A DNA stretch of 64,000 bases, from positions 1,600,001-1,664,000 of the forward strand of contig CAWAIF010000003.1 in assembly GCA_963782055.1 (NCBI GenBank). The letters run 5' to 3'. The notes under the pieces were generated by a model, which saw nothing but the letters and a program-made list of their open reading frames with translations, was not told where the DNA came from and did not search any database. Source of the DNA: an uncultured delta proteobacterium (GTDB taxonomy: Bacteria; Myxococcota_A; Polyangia; Polyangiales; Polyangiaceae). The position numbers and the translations under genes are program-made. Shown one piece after another: positions 30,257 to 39,578 of this stretch (position 1 is its first letter; each line of letters starts with the position of its first letter).

Positions 30257-30840
30257 GCGAGCGGCGCCTCTACCCCCCTGCCGTCCGGGCGCGCCGCACC
30301 GCGCACGTCATCTCCTTCTTCGCCGTCGCCTTCTCCCTCGGGTTCGGGGTCACCCTGAGGGTCTCCCTCGGGCGCATGCCGCCGGGGACCACCTTCGCCG
30401 ACTTCTTCTCGCCGGACTCCGGCCTGGCGGTGGCGGCCCTGTGGCTCTCGCTCGCCCTCTCCCTGCTGTGCATCGCCCTGGTGCTGCGCATGCTGGCGGC
30501 CATCTTCGAGCTGCTCTGGCTGGAGCGCGCGTGGTCCAACCTGCCCGAGGAGCTGCGTCGCGTCGGCCCGGTGGACAACGTGAGCTCGGTGATGGTCCTG
30601 GGCTTCTCCTTCGTCCCGGTCGTGAACTACGTGTGGAAGCTGGGGCTGGTGCGGGGCATCGCCAACGGGCTGGAGGCCGTGCGCGCGGAGACGCCGTTCC
30701 GTTCCCCGGTGCCGAGGCGGCTGGGGACGGCGGCGGTGATCGCCGGCTGGGTGCCCGGCCTCAACGTGTACCTCGCCCCCTTCCTCTGGGAGATGTTCGC
30801 CCGGCGGATCGACGCGGTGGTGGTCGAGCTCGGGGGGTGA
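30253..30840 (+). CDS. Multi-pass membrane protein (DUF4328-like)
   Basis: TTG overlaps the upstream TGA; hydrophobic segments; WLERAWSNL and FSFVPVVN motifs. Confidence 0.65.
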   Translation: MSERRLYPPAVRARRTAHVISFFAVAFSLGFGVTLRVSLGRMPPGTTFADFFSPDSGLAVAALWLSLALSLLCIALVLRMLAAIFELLWLERAWSNLPEELRRVGPVDNVSSVMVLGFSFVPVVNYVWKLGLVRGIANGLEAVRAETPFRSPVPRRLGTAAVIAGWVPGLNVYLAPFLWEMFARRIDAVVVELGG

Positions 30841-30859
30841 GCGCGGGCCGCGGCGGCCG

Positions 30860-31186
30860 TCACGGCGAGGCGTCGCAGGAGACGTGCGCGACGAAGACGC
30901 GGGCCGGCGAGGCGCGGAAGGTGAGCACGTCGACGGACGCCCTGCCCTGGACGCTCACCTGCTGGGGCTGCGGGTTGACGTCGGTGAAGACGGTGCAGAC
31001 GAACGACCGGTCGCACGCGTTGGTCAGGTGCACGACGTGGTTGTAGGCGCCGCCCACCGGGATCGCCTCGGGGCGCGCGGTGACGCAGGGGGGGCTGGCG
31101 TCCTCGGCCGCGGCGCGCGGGGCGGCGACGACGAGGGGCAGGGCGACCCCGAAGAGAACGGCGGCGATGGCGGCGACGCGCTTCAT
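30860..31186 (-). CDS. Small secreted protein with 4 Cys
   Basis: Signal peptide MKRVAAIAAVLFGVALPLVV; YNHVVHLTNACD..CTVFTDVNP. Confidence 0.65.
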   Translation of the reverse strand: MKRVAAIAAVLFGVALPLVVAAPRAAAEDASPPCVTARPEAIPVGGAYNHVVHLTNACDRSFVCTVFTDVNPQPQQVSVQGRASVDVLTFRASPARVFVAHVSCDASP

Positions 31187-31287
31187 GACCCGGTAGAAAG
31201 GTGTGTCCGGCGCGGCGGGGGTCAAGATCGCAAGCGCCGCGCGGCAGCGCGCCTCTTGCGTCGAGGCGCGGCTTGAAGCACGAAGGG

Positions 31288-31632
31288 GTGGTGGAGATCG
31301 TGGTCTTCGTCGTGGGGTCGGTCGTCGGCCTCTTGCTCCTGTGGCTCGCGTCCCGCTCGGCCATCACCCTCTGCGTGCTGGAGGTTCAGGCCGGCGAGCT
31401 GACCGTGGTTCAGGGCGCCCTCGCGCCGCGCGTCCGCTCCGACGTCGAGGACGTGGTGCAGCGCGCCAAGGTCGCGCACGCCACCATTCGCATCGTCCGG
31501 CAGGGGGATCACGCCGCGCTGCAGATCCGGGGGGACATGTCCGACGCGACGCGGCAGCGGCTGCGCAACGTCGTCGGTAACGTGCCGCTCGCCAAGCTGA
31601 AGGCGGGAGGCGCGCGCAAGCGCCGCCGCTGA
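31288..31632 (+). CDS. Small membrane-anchored protein (DUF3634-like)
   Basis: N-terminal TM, then LEVQAGELTVVQGALAP..SDVEDV...QRLRNVVG. Confidence 0.65.
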   Translation: MVEIVVFVVGSVVGLLLLWLASRSAITLCVLEVQAGELTVVQGALAPRVRSDVEDVVQRAKVAHATIRIVRQGDHAALQIRGDMSDATRQRLRNVVGNVPLAKLKAGGARKRRR

Positions 31633-31698
31633 TGCACCCTCGCGCCGTCCTCCCATCCGTGTAAACTGCAGGGCGTAGCTTTGCGGAAGGGGCTTTCC

Positions 31699-32637
31699 AT
31701 GAGCTTGCTGGGTCACCTGCGTCTGGTCGCCGCCGCGGCGGGCGCCTCGGTCGCGATTTGGGCGTGCGCCACCTCCACGAGCGACACACCGCCGCCTGCA
31801 TCTTGCGCGGCGGGGCTGTCGCTGTGCGGGGACGTGTGCGCCAACCTGAAGACGAGCGCGCTGCACTGCGGGACGTGCGACAAGGCGTGCGACCCGGACC
31901 AGCGCTGCAGCAACGGGACGTGCAAGCTGGGGTGCGCGGACGGGCTGACGTCGTGCAGCAGCGGGTGCGCGGACCTGAAGAACGACCCGAAGAACTGCGG
32001 CAACTGCGGCGTGGCGTGCACGGGCGGGAGTGTCTGCTTCGAGGGCGCGTGCGTCTCGAGCTGCGGCAAGGAAGGCACGCTGTGCACCGTGGGCGACGCG
32101 GACTCGTACTGCGCGAACACCGACAGCGACACCAAGAACTGCGGCCAGTGCGCCAACGAGTGCGGCCCGGGGCAGGCGTGCCTGGCCGGGCTGTGCACCG
32201 ACAACTGCGGCCCGGGCTCGACGCTGTGCAACGCCGCGGACGCGGGGGCGGACGGGGGCGAGCCGTACTGCGCGCAGACGCAGGCGGACAACGCCAACTG
32301 CGGCGGCTGCGGGGTCGCGTGCACGGGCGGTCAGGTCTGCGACAACGGCAGCTGCGGGACCAACTGCGGTGGCTCGGAGGTGCTCTGCGCGCCGGACGGC
32401 GGGCTGCCGTACTGCGCGGCGACACAGACGGACAACGCCAACTGCGGGAGCTGCGGGAAGGTGTGCCCGCAGGGGCAGGCGTGCCAGTCGGGCACGTGCA
32501 AGGTGGTGTGTCAGGGCGGGCTGTCGGCGTGCGGTAACGCGTGCGTGGACACCAAGACGAGTCGCGACAACTGCGGGGGTTGCGGGAAGGTCTGCGCCTC
32601 GACGTCCACCTCGTGCGTCAACGGGGTGTGCCAGTGA
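31699..32637 (+). CDS. Cys-rich repeat lipoprotein (STIG1/MXAN_6577-like repeats)
   Basis: About 6 repeats of D..NCG.CG..C..GQ.C..G.C; lipobox-like IWAC. Confidence 0.85.
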   Translation: MSLLGHLRLVAAAAGASVAIWACATSTSDTPPPASCAAGLSLCGDVCANLKTSALHCGTCDKACDPDQRCSNGTCKLGCADGLTSCSSGCADLKNDPKNCGNCGVACTGGSVCFEGACVSSCGKEGTLCTVGDADSYCANTDSDTKNCGQCANECGPGQACLAGLCTDNCGPGSTLCNAADAGADGGEPYCAQTQADNANCGGCGVACTGGQVCDNGSCGTNCGGSEVLCAPDGGLPYCAATQTDNANCGSCGKVCPQGQACQSGTCKVVCQGGLSACGNACVDTKTSRDNCGGCGKVCASTSTSCVNGVCQ

Positions 32638-34040
32638 AGCTCACGGTAGGGCTCGCGGCGCGGGTGGCGGCGGCGGTGGCGGCGGCGGCGACGCTGGCGG
32701 TCATCGGGTGCTCCAGCGACACGGTGACGCCGCCCAAGACGTGCGCGACGGGCGAGACGCTGTGCGGGGACAACTGCGCGGAGACGGCGGCGGACCCGGA
32801 CAACTGCGGGGCGTGCGGCAACGCGTGTCAGGCGGGGGAGGTGTGCTCGCAGGGCGCGTGCGCGAAGACGTGCGCGGGCGGCTCGACGCAGTGCGGGCAG
32901 TCGTGCTTCGACCTGAACGTGCACCCGAAGAACTGCGGGGCGTGCGGCAAGGCGTGCAACGCCGGGGAGGTGTGCTCGGCGGGCACGTGCGTGGCGCAGT
33001 GCCCGGCGTCGCAGACGCTGTGCGTGGGAGACGCGGGCGCGGTCTCGTGCGTCAACGAGCAGAACGACAGCGCCAACTGCGGCACGTGCGGCAACGCGTG
33101 CGAGGCGGGCAAGGTGTGCACCGGCGGGCAGTGCGAGGACTCGTGCGGCGCGGGCGAGACGCTCTGCGCGGGCGACGCCGGGACGCCGTCGTGCGCGGCG
33201 ACGCAGACCGACAGCGCCAACTGCGGCACGTGCGGCCACACGTGCACCAACGGGCTGGTGTGCTCCGGCGGGCAGTGCGTGGCCAACTGCGGCCCGAACG
33301 AGGTGCTCTGCGGGGGCGACGGCGGCGCGCCCTACTGCGCCAGGACCGACACCGACAACGCCAACTGCGGCGGCTGCGGCACCCCCTGCGGCCAGGGCCT
33401 GCTCTGCGCCGCCGGCCAGTGCGTCTCGCAGTGCTCGCAGGGCTACTCCAGGTGCGGAAACGAGTGCGTGGACCTCAACGGCGACCGCGACCACTGCGGC
33501 AACTGCTCCACCACCTGCAGCGGCTCCACCCCCTACTGCGTCAACGGCACCTGCGGCTCCGCCAGCGGGACGGTCACCGACGCCAACGGGATCGTCTCGC
33601 CGGTGCTCTACGTCAAGTGCGGCAACGGGACGAACACCAACTGCACGGAGGCCGTCGCCGAGGCGTCGTGCACCAACGTGGGCAAGAAGCTGGTGAGCCA
33701 CGCGTCGGACGGCACGAGCGGCGTCGTCTCCCTCGGCGCGACGACCTCCTGCCACTGGTCGGTGTCGTATTTCACCAACACCGACCCGCAGGTGGCCGGG
33801 CAGTGCCTCATCGCGATGTCCAACGTGAAGTGGACCAGCTGCTGCGGCCTCACCCAGTGGCACGGCAACGTGCTGTCCGTCCCGGGCTCGCTCGGCCAGC
33901 AGTTCGGCTACGTCTACTCCACCGACAGCGGCTACAACGCCAACCTCTCCAACGTCTCGGGCTCGACGTGGGGCTGCCAGGCGCTGACCACCACCCCGCC
34001 GTCGAGCGGCTGCACGACGTACTTCGTCGCCTGCAAGTGA
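32634..34040 (+). CDS. Cys-rich repeat lipoprotein (STIG1-like repeats) with a distinct C-terminal domain
   Basis: GTG overlaps the upstream TGA; lipobox VIGC; about 6 NCG.CG repeats. Confidence 0.85.
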   Translation: MKLTVGLAARVAAAVAAAATLAVIGCSSDTVTPPKTCATGETLCGDNCAETAADPDNCGACGNACQAGEVCSQGACAKTCAGGSTQCGQSCFDLNVHPKNCGACGKACNAGEVCSAGTCVAQCPASQTLCVGDAGAVSCVNEQNDSANCGTCGNACEAGKVCTGGQCEDSCGAGETLCAGDAGTPSCAATQTDSANCGTCGHTCTNGLVCSGGQCVANCGPNEVLCGGDGGAPYCARTDTDNANCGGCGTPCGQGLLCAAGQCVSQCSQGYSRCGNECVDLNGDRDHCGNCSTTCSGSTPYCVNGTCGSASGTVTDANGIVSPVLYVKCGNGTNTNCTEAVAEASCTNVGKKLVSHASDGTSGVVSLGATTSCHWSVSYFTNTDPQVAGQCLIAMSNVKWTSCCGLTQWHGNVLSVPGSLGQQFGYVYSTDSGYNANLSNVSGSTWGCQALTTTPPSSGCTTYFVACK

Positions 34041-34049
34041 GGGCGCCCT

Positions 34050-34754
34050 CTACCTGGGCAGCAGCGAGAGGAGCGTCGCCGCCGTCGTGACGCCCACGTG
34101 CTGCGCCACCGGCTTGCCGCCGGCGAAGGCGATGACCGTGGGCACGCCGCGGATGGCGTACTCCCTGGCGATCTCCGGCGCGTCGTCGATGTCCACCTTG
34201 ACCACGGCGTACTTGCCGGCAGCCTTGCCGGCGAGCTCGTCCAGCACGGGGGTCAGCAGCTTGCACGGGCTGCACCATGACGCCGTAAACTCGGCGAGCA
34301 CGGGGCAGGACGACTCGAGCACCCGCTTCTGGAACTCGTGCGCGTCGACGTAGGGCACCGCCTGCTCGCCGAACGCCATGCGCGCCACCTCCGCCACGGT
34401 GAAGCCGGCGAGCCCGGCGTGGAGGTCGCCGTCGCCCGCCTTCGCCATGACCGCCTCTAGCGTGGCGCGCATGGTGGCCTTCCCGCCGGTCGCGGCACTC
34501 GGCCCCTCCGGCTCCAGGGCGTCGTGGACCTGTTGCAGGCTGATTTCCTGCGCCGGACGCGCCAGATGGTAGCCGCCCCCGTGGGTGTCCCTGGCCTCGA
34601 CGAGGCCGGCGCGCACCAGCGTACGCATCAGGGAGCGGAGGAAGCTCGGGGCGGTGTTCAGCCCCTCGGCCAGGGCATCGATGGGGGCGCCCCCACCGTC
34701 GTGAGCAAGCACCGCGAGGGCGTGGACGGCGATGGCGAACTGGCTGGTGCTCAT
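34050..34754 (-). CDS. Rrf2-family transcriptional regulator fused to thioredoxin
   Basis: SQFAIAVHAL...LAEGLNTAPSFLR...AGLV..GGGYHLARPAQEISL (Rrf2); VLAEFTASWCSPCKLL...VKVDIDD...IRGVPTV (Trx). Confidence 0.85.
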   Translation of the reverse strand: MSTSQFAIAVHALAVLAHDGGGAPIDALAEGLNTAPSFLRSLMRTLVRAGLVEARDTHGGGYHLARPAQEISLQQVHDALEPEGPSAATGGKATMRATLEAVMAKAGDGDLHAGLAGFTVAEVARMAFGEQAVPYVDAHEFQKRVLESSCPVLAEFTASWCSPCKLLTPVLDELAGKAAGKYAVVKVDIDDAPEIAREYAIRGVPTVIAFAGGKPVAQHVGVTTAATLLSLLPR

Positions 34755-34760
34755 GGCTCA

Positions 34761-34788
34761 TCTCTACGCCCGCGCCGCACCGTGTCAA
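34761..34788 (-). promoter_or_regulatory. Putative sigma70 promoter of the Rrf2-Trx gene (leaderless type)
   Basis: TTGACA-N16-TAGAGA on the minus strand, 6 nt before the ATG. Confidence 0.55.
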
Positions 34789-34814
34789 CGGGCCGCCCCC
34801 TTGCGGATGGGCCT

Positions 34815-34866
34815 CCACAGATCTGCGGAGGACCTCCATCGATCTGCCAGGGCACCATAGATATGC
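34815..34866. promoter_or_regulatory. Three direct repeats CCANNGATNTGC (candidate operator array)
   Basis: ccacagatctgc at 34815, ccatcgatctgc at 34836, ccatagatatgc at 34855. Confidence 0.5.
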
Positions 34867-34979
34867 GAGACGCCAGCCGGCTTCCGGGCTAGAACGGCAA
34901 TCGCTGCGCGCCCCGAGCCTCGCAGAAACCCAAGGCATGGCTCGGTGCTGCTGCGATCACGGACTCAAGAGGCACGCGC

Positions 34980-36014
34980 ATGGACATTCTCAAGGCCCTC
35001 AATCACCAGGCCGATTACTCCAAGACCCAGCTCCAGCTCATCCTGGGAGCGTGGGTGCTGACCACCCTCGTGGAGAAGAAGAACAAGATCTCGCTCGCCG
35101 ACGGCAACGTCTCCGAGGACGACTACCACAAGCAGTCGATCTACTCGCTGCTCTACGCCCTGTACCGATCCATGGGCGAGGTGCGCAGCGACACCGGCCA
35201 GCGGTACGAGTTCACCTTCAACACGTGGGGCTATGCCTGGCCGAAGTCGTGGGGAGAGTGCCCGAACAGCGCGACGGATCCGCAGCGCTACGGCAAGAAC
35301 GCCTACAGCGGCCTGTACCACTTCGAAGACGTGAAGAAGTACGTCGAGGAGCGCGACGGCAAGGTGCACGTCGTGGAGATGGGGTGCGGCACCGGCGCCG
35401 GCGCGCACCACGTCGCCTCCAAGGTCCTGCCGAAGTGCACGTACGAGGCGGTGGACATGCAGAACGCCGCCATCCAGACGTGTCGCCGCAAGTTCGTGCC
35501 GGAGCTGGGCGGCCGCCTGAAGGCCACGTGCTCCGACGCCACGCGCCTGACCAACAGGGACGGCGAGGCGGACTTCGTCGCCGTCAACGAGACGCACGTC
35601 ACCGAGCAGCCCGGCGTCATCACCGAGGAGGACGAGCGCTTCTTCGAGACGGCGCGGCGCCTGCTCAAGCCGGGTGGCTACCTGGTGTGGGGCAACGCCA
35701 TCCCCGACAGCACCTGGAAGCCGTGCTTCGACTACCTGGAGTCCATCGGCATGAAGGTCCGGCAGGTGGACGACGTCACGTCGGAGGCCGTTCAGGCGCG
35801 CGACGAGGACAAGGCCCGCCTCGACACCTACGTCGACCAGTGCATCGACGCCTTCTTCGGCTTCCGGATCCCGGTGCTGGGCAACAAGAAGCGCGTGGAG
35901 GCGGAGGTCGCCCTCAAGAACTTCGGCCGCAACCCCGGCACGCGGCTCTACGAGAACATGGTCGACCGCACCGACACCTACCGCGTCGCGCTCGTCCAGA
36001 AGATCGCCGATTGA
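34980..36014 (+). CDS. Class I SAM-dependent methyltransferase
   Basis: Motif I VVEMGCGTGAG; YEAVDM; CSDATRL; RLLKPGGYLV; AAGAGG RBS. Confidence 0.9.
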   Translation: MDILKALNHQADYSKTQLQLILGAWVLTTLVEKKNKISLADGNVSEDDYHKQSIYSLLYALYRSMGEVRSDTGQRYEFTFNTWGYAWPKSWGECPNSATDPQRYGKNAYSGLYHFEDVKKYVEERDGKVHVVEMGCGTGAGAHHVASKVLPKCTYEAVDMQNAAIQTCRRKFVPELGGRLKATCSDATRLTNRDGEADFVAVNETHVTEQPGVITEEDERFFETARRLLKPGGYLVWGNAIPDSTWKPCFDYLESIGMKVRQVDDVTSEAVQARDEDKARLDTYVDQCIDAFFGFRIPVLGNKKRVEAEVALKNFGRNPGTRLYENMVDRTDTYRVALVQKIAD

Positions 36015-36015
36015 C

Positions 36016-36039
36016 GAGGGGCGGTACGCGCCGCCCCTC
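36016..36039. terminator. Hairpin between convergent genes (copy of REP-like hairpin A)
   Basis: GAGGGGCGG-TACGCG-CCGCCCCTC, a perfect 9-bp stem starting 2 nt after the stop. Confidence 0.55.
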
Positions 36040-36071
36040 CCCGCCGAGGGTCGCCTGGTCGTTGCAAGCGC

Positions 36072-37376
36072 TCACGGATTCGAGATGAGCAGCGGCAGGT
36101 AGTGCTTCGTCGCGCCGAGGGTGCTGATGACCGTCAGCATCTCCGCCTTGATGGGGCCTTCCTGCTTCACCGTCACGCTCAAGAACGTCTTCTCGCCGTT
36201 CTGCCCGCTCGTCTTGTTCGGGTCGATCGACAGGGTGAGGCGGCCGGTGACCGGCTGCACCAGCGGGTTGGACTCGGCGACCGTCACCGTCCACGGGCCG
36301 GCCGCCGCGTCGCTGTAGAAGCCGAGCGGGATCTGGATCGTCTCGCCCAGCTTGGCGGCGTACCCCTTCGTCTTGAAGGTGGACGACGCGCCGAGCTGTG
36401 AGAGGTCCACGATGATGTCCTGCATCTCCAGCGGCGCCATGTTGAAGTACGCCCCGGCGTAGGGCTGGCACGGCGAGTGTCCGAGCGGGCCCTGCTTGTT
36501 GGACCACAGCCGCTGCACCGCGTACGGGAACGGCTGCGGCTCGGTGTAGTACGAGTCCTTGAAGAACTCGCAGGCGTCGCCGTTCTCGTCGTTGCTCCGC
36601 TGCCAGAGGTCGAAGACCAGGTACGGGTCGTCGAAGCCGACGAGCCCCGCGCCCGCCCCGGGGTGAGGATCGGTCGACGCCTCGCCCAGCTCGTGGCTGG
36701 CGGCGGCGGTCACGCCCGAGTCGCTCCCGCAGCGGGGCAGCACGGCGTACGCCACCTGCGAGCCGTTGTTGGAGAAGCTGTCGTGGTAGCCGCCGATGCC
36801 GGCCTGGCAGGCGTTCTGCTTGTTGAAGAGCAGCGTCGTCGACTTGGACAGGTACACGACGTAGATGGTCTGCGACGTGGCCGCGGGCAGCAGGGTGCCC
36901 ACGTTCGTCTTGATGAAGTTCTGGATGTCGCTGTCGCTCATCTGCGCCGGCGGCGCCGTCGAGACGTGCACGTGGTTGCTCGGTCCGCTCGTCGCGGCGC
37001 CGACGCCGTACTCGCCCACAGCGGCCGACCAGTAGGAGGACGTGCCGATCCCGTCGCCGAAGCCCTCGAACAGGCTCCGGGAGCCGTCGCCGTCCCAGGT
37101 GATCGTCACGATGACCGGCGCGGTGAGCATCGCGCCGCCGTTCTTGGTGAGCTGACCCATGTACGGCGTGAAGGCCGGGTAGGTGTCGCTCGGCGCGCCG
37201 TACGGTCCGGCCTCCACCGGCGCCGCCTCGTCGGCGCCGGCGTCGCCGGGCAACGTCGTCGCCCCGTCGCCCGTGCCGCCGCCGCCGTCGACGTCCAGGT
37301 TGAGGTTGGGGTCCGAGCCCCCGCACGCGAGGGAGAGTCCCGCGATGCCCGCCACGAAGAACCAGTGCAGCCTCAT
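36072..37376 (-). CDS. Lipoprotein with EXORDIUM/Phi-1-like domain (HExxExxTDP)
   Basis: Lipobox LSLAC; IGGYH, ASHELGEASTDP, ENGDACE, VQRLWSN; GAAGGAG RBS. Confidence 0.75.
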   Translation of the reverse strand: MRLHWFFVAGIAGLSLACGGSDPNLNLDVDGGGGTGDGATTLPGDAGADEAAPVEAGPYGAPSDTYPAFTPYMGQLTKNGGAMLTAPVIVTITWDGDGSRSLFEGFGDGIGTSSYWSAAVGEYGVGAATSGPSNHVHVSTAPPAQMSDSDIQNFIKTNVGTLLPAATSQTIYVVYLSKSTTLLFNKQNACQAGIGGYHDSFSNNGSQVAYAVLPRCGSDSGVTAAASHELGEASTDPHPGAGAGLVGFDDPYLVFDLWQRSNDENGDACEFFKDSYYTEPQPFPYAVQRLWSNKQGPLGHSPCQPYAGAYFNMAPLEMQDIIVDLSQLGASSTFKTKGYAAKLGETIQIPLGFYSDAAAGPWTVTVAESNPLVQPVTGRLTLSIDPNKTSGQNGEKTFLSVTVKQEGPIKAEMLTVISTLGATKHYLPLLISNP

Positions 37377-37627
37377 CCTCGCTCCTTCCGGCGCACACAC
37401 TGGCAAAGTCGTCGCGCGCCGCCCACTCTCGCGCGCGTCTCCGCCGTAGTTAGGTGGGAGCTGCCCCTACGAACGTGGCGGCGGAGCGGAAAATTGCGCT
37501 AGGCACGCAGCCCTTCACGCATGTCCTTCTCGCAGCGGACCGACGACGCCAACCGCGGCGGTGCGGGACGGTGCGCGGTCGCGTGCCCCGCCGGCATGAG
37601 GCCGCGGAGGGAGTAGACTCACGGACC

Positions 37628-38725
37628 ATGTCCGACATCGTCCTCGGCGCGCGGCCCCTCGGCTTCCCGTGGGAGACCGCCAATCCGTTCCTCTTCTGCG
37701 TGCACCACGACGACGCCTACCCGGCGGGCAACGAGAAGCTCGGGCCGGCGGCGTCGCTCGCGGGCCGGCGCATCGGCCAGGACTTCGAGGGCAAGGACGG
37801 CTGGCGGATGTACCACGGAGAGGTGGTGCCCGGCTTCCCGCAGCACCCGCACCGCGGCTTCGAGACGGTGACCATCGCGCGGCGCGGCTTCATCGATCAC
37901 TCCGACTCGCTCGGGGCGACCGCGCGCTTCGGCCGCGGCGACGTGCAGTGGCTCACCGCCGGCAGCGGCATCGTCCACGCCGAGATGTTCCCTCTGCTGG
38001 AGCGCGACGCCCCCAACCCGGTGGAGCTCTTCCAGATCTGGCTCAACCTCCCGGCCGAGGACAAGCTGGTGGAGCCGCACTTCGCCATGCTCTGGAGCGG
38101 CGACATCCCGCGCTGCGTCTTCACCGACGACGCCGGCCGCACCACCGAGGTCACCGTCGTGGCGGGCACCCTGGACGGACGCCGCGCGCCGCCTCCGCCC
38201 CCGCGCTCGTGGGCGTCGCGGCCCGACTCGGAGGTCGCCATCTGGTGCATCCGGATGCAGCCCGGCGCGCGCTGGACGATGCCGCCGGCGGCGACCAATC
38301 GCACCCGCCGCACTCTCTTCTTCTTCGCCGGGCCCTCCCTCCGCGTGGGCGACGTGACCCAGCGATCCCACGCGGCCCTCTCGGTGCGCGCGGGCCGCGA
38401 GCTCTCGCTCGAAGCGGGCGAGGGCGAGTGCGAGATGCTCCTTCTGCAGGGCCGTCCCATCGGCGAGCCCGTCGTGCAGTACGGGCCCTTCGTCATGAAC
38501 ACGCGCGCGGAGATCGAGCGCGCGGTCCTCGACTACCGCCGCACCCGCTTCGGTGGCTGGCCCTGGCCGAAGGACGATCCGGTGCACGGCCGCGACGCGC
38601 GCTTCGCGCGGCACGCCGATGGCAAGGTGGAGCGCCCCGGCGGCGAGTCACTGCAGGCGCAGGAGCCCGTAGGGGAGGGGATAGCCGGTGACGCCGGCCA
38701 CGGTGGGCAGCGCGCGTCGGGGTGA
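37628..38725 (+). CDS. Pirin family protein
   Basis: GFPQHPHRGFETVT, DHSDSLG, GDVQWLTAGSGIVHAEM, FQIWLNLP, GEPVVQYGPFVMNT. Confidence 0.95.
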   Translation: MSDIVLGARPLGFPWETANPFLFCVHHDDAYPAGNEKLGPAASLAGRRIGQDFEGKDGWRMYHGEVVPGFPQHPHRGFETVTIARRGFIDHSDSLGATARFGRGDVQWLTAGSGIVHAEMFPLLERDAPNPVELFQIWLNLPAEDKLVEPHFAMLWSGDIPRCVFTDDAGRTTEVTVVAGTLDGRRAPPPPPRSWASRPDSEVAIWCIRMQPGARWTMPPAATNRTRRTLFFFAGPSLRVGDVTQRSHAALSVRAGRELSLEAGEGECEMLLLQGRPIGEPVVQYGPFVMNTRAEIERAVLDYRRTRFGGWPWPKDDPVHGRDARFARHADGKVERPGGESLQAQEPVGEGIAGDAGHGGQRASG

Positions 38726-39578
38726 GACCTGCACCATGTGAGCCTCGGGCGCGCGGGCGCCCAGCGCCGTGGCGCTCGCGGGCGTCGCGTACTGCCGGGC
38801 GACGCCGAGCGCCGCGTTGTCCAGGGCGTGGCGGATGTAGCGAGGCGCGATGTTCAGGCTCGCGGGCGGCGGTCCCCCCACCAGGAACTGACCAAGCGGC
38901 CCGGGGGGCGGTGGTGAGGTGTCGTTCAAAAACGGTGCGGTGTGCAGGGCGATGAACCGACCGGCGTCGCCCGACACCACCCACGGGGAGAGGTCGGCGC
39001 GAAACAGAATCGCCAGCCGCGCAGAAGACGAAGGGCGCCACGGGCGAGGGGTTCGTCGCCACGGCGAGGTCGCCCTCCCAGATCCAGCCCGGCGGGCGCG
39101 GCGCCCAGCCGACATAGCCCTGGCCCGTGCGCCAGACCACCCAGGAGTCGGCGTACGTCCGCCCGGCGACCCACACCCACCCGCGCCCTTGCGACCACAC
39201 CCACCGCCCGTAGTGGAAGGGGACGTGGCCCCAGGAGAAGTCGCTGATCCACACGTAGCCCGTCTGGTACGCCCAGTGACCCGACGTCAGGTACGGGACG
39301 AAGCCGCGGCCGACGACGTGGACGTCGGGTACCCACACGGTGCCCAGGGTGGCGTCGTCCACCCACGATCCGAAGTGCGCCAGCGTGGTGTTGAAGTCGG
39401 TGAGCGCGCCGGGGTCGGTGTCGGCGTACCGGTCGGGGCTCGCGTGGACCCACACATCGTGCAGCGGCTGAGCCAGCGGCGCGCTCAGGGTCTGCAGCGG
39501 CATGCCCTCGTCCAGGCAGCTGGTGACCATCACCAGGCCGGCGATCCGGATCGCGGTACGCAACAGGGCCAGGGCCAT
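38648..39578 (-). pseudogene. DUF6600-like Trp-rich (lipo)protein with apparent +1 frameshift at about 39008-39009
   Basis: First frame: FGSWVDD..GTVWVP..GHW..WGHVPFHYGRW..YVGWAP..PFVFCAAGD. The protein-like sequence continues as LFRADL...GPPPASLNI...ARQYATPASATALGA in ORF 38648..39115; the junction reads GAT-T-CTG-TTT. Confidence 0.65.

Noticed and set aside
31800..33560. Recurrent AACTGCGG units suggesting a CRISPR or tandem array
   Set aside because: They are in-frame NCG codons of Cys-rich protein repeats; no constant repeat with unique spacers and no cas genes
34980..36014. Methyltransferase looks less GC-rich, suggesting horizontal transfer
   Set aside because: Third positions remain G/C; the difference reflects Lys/Asp/Tyr-rich composition; no mobility genes nearby
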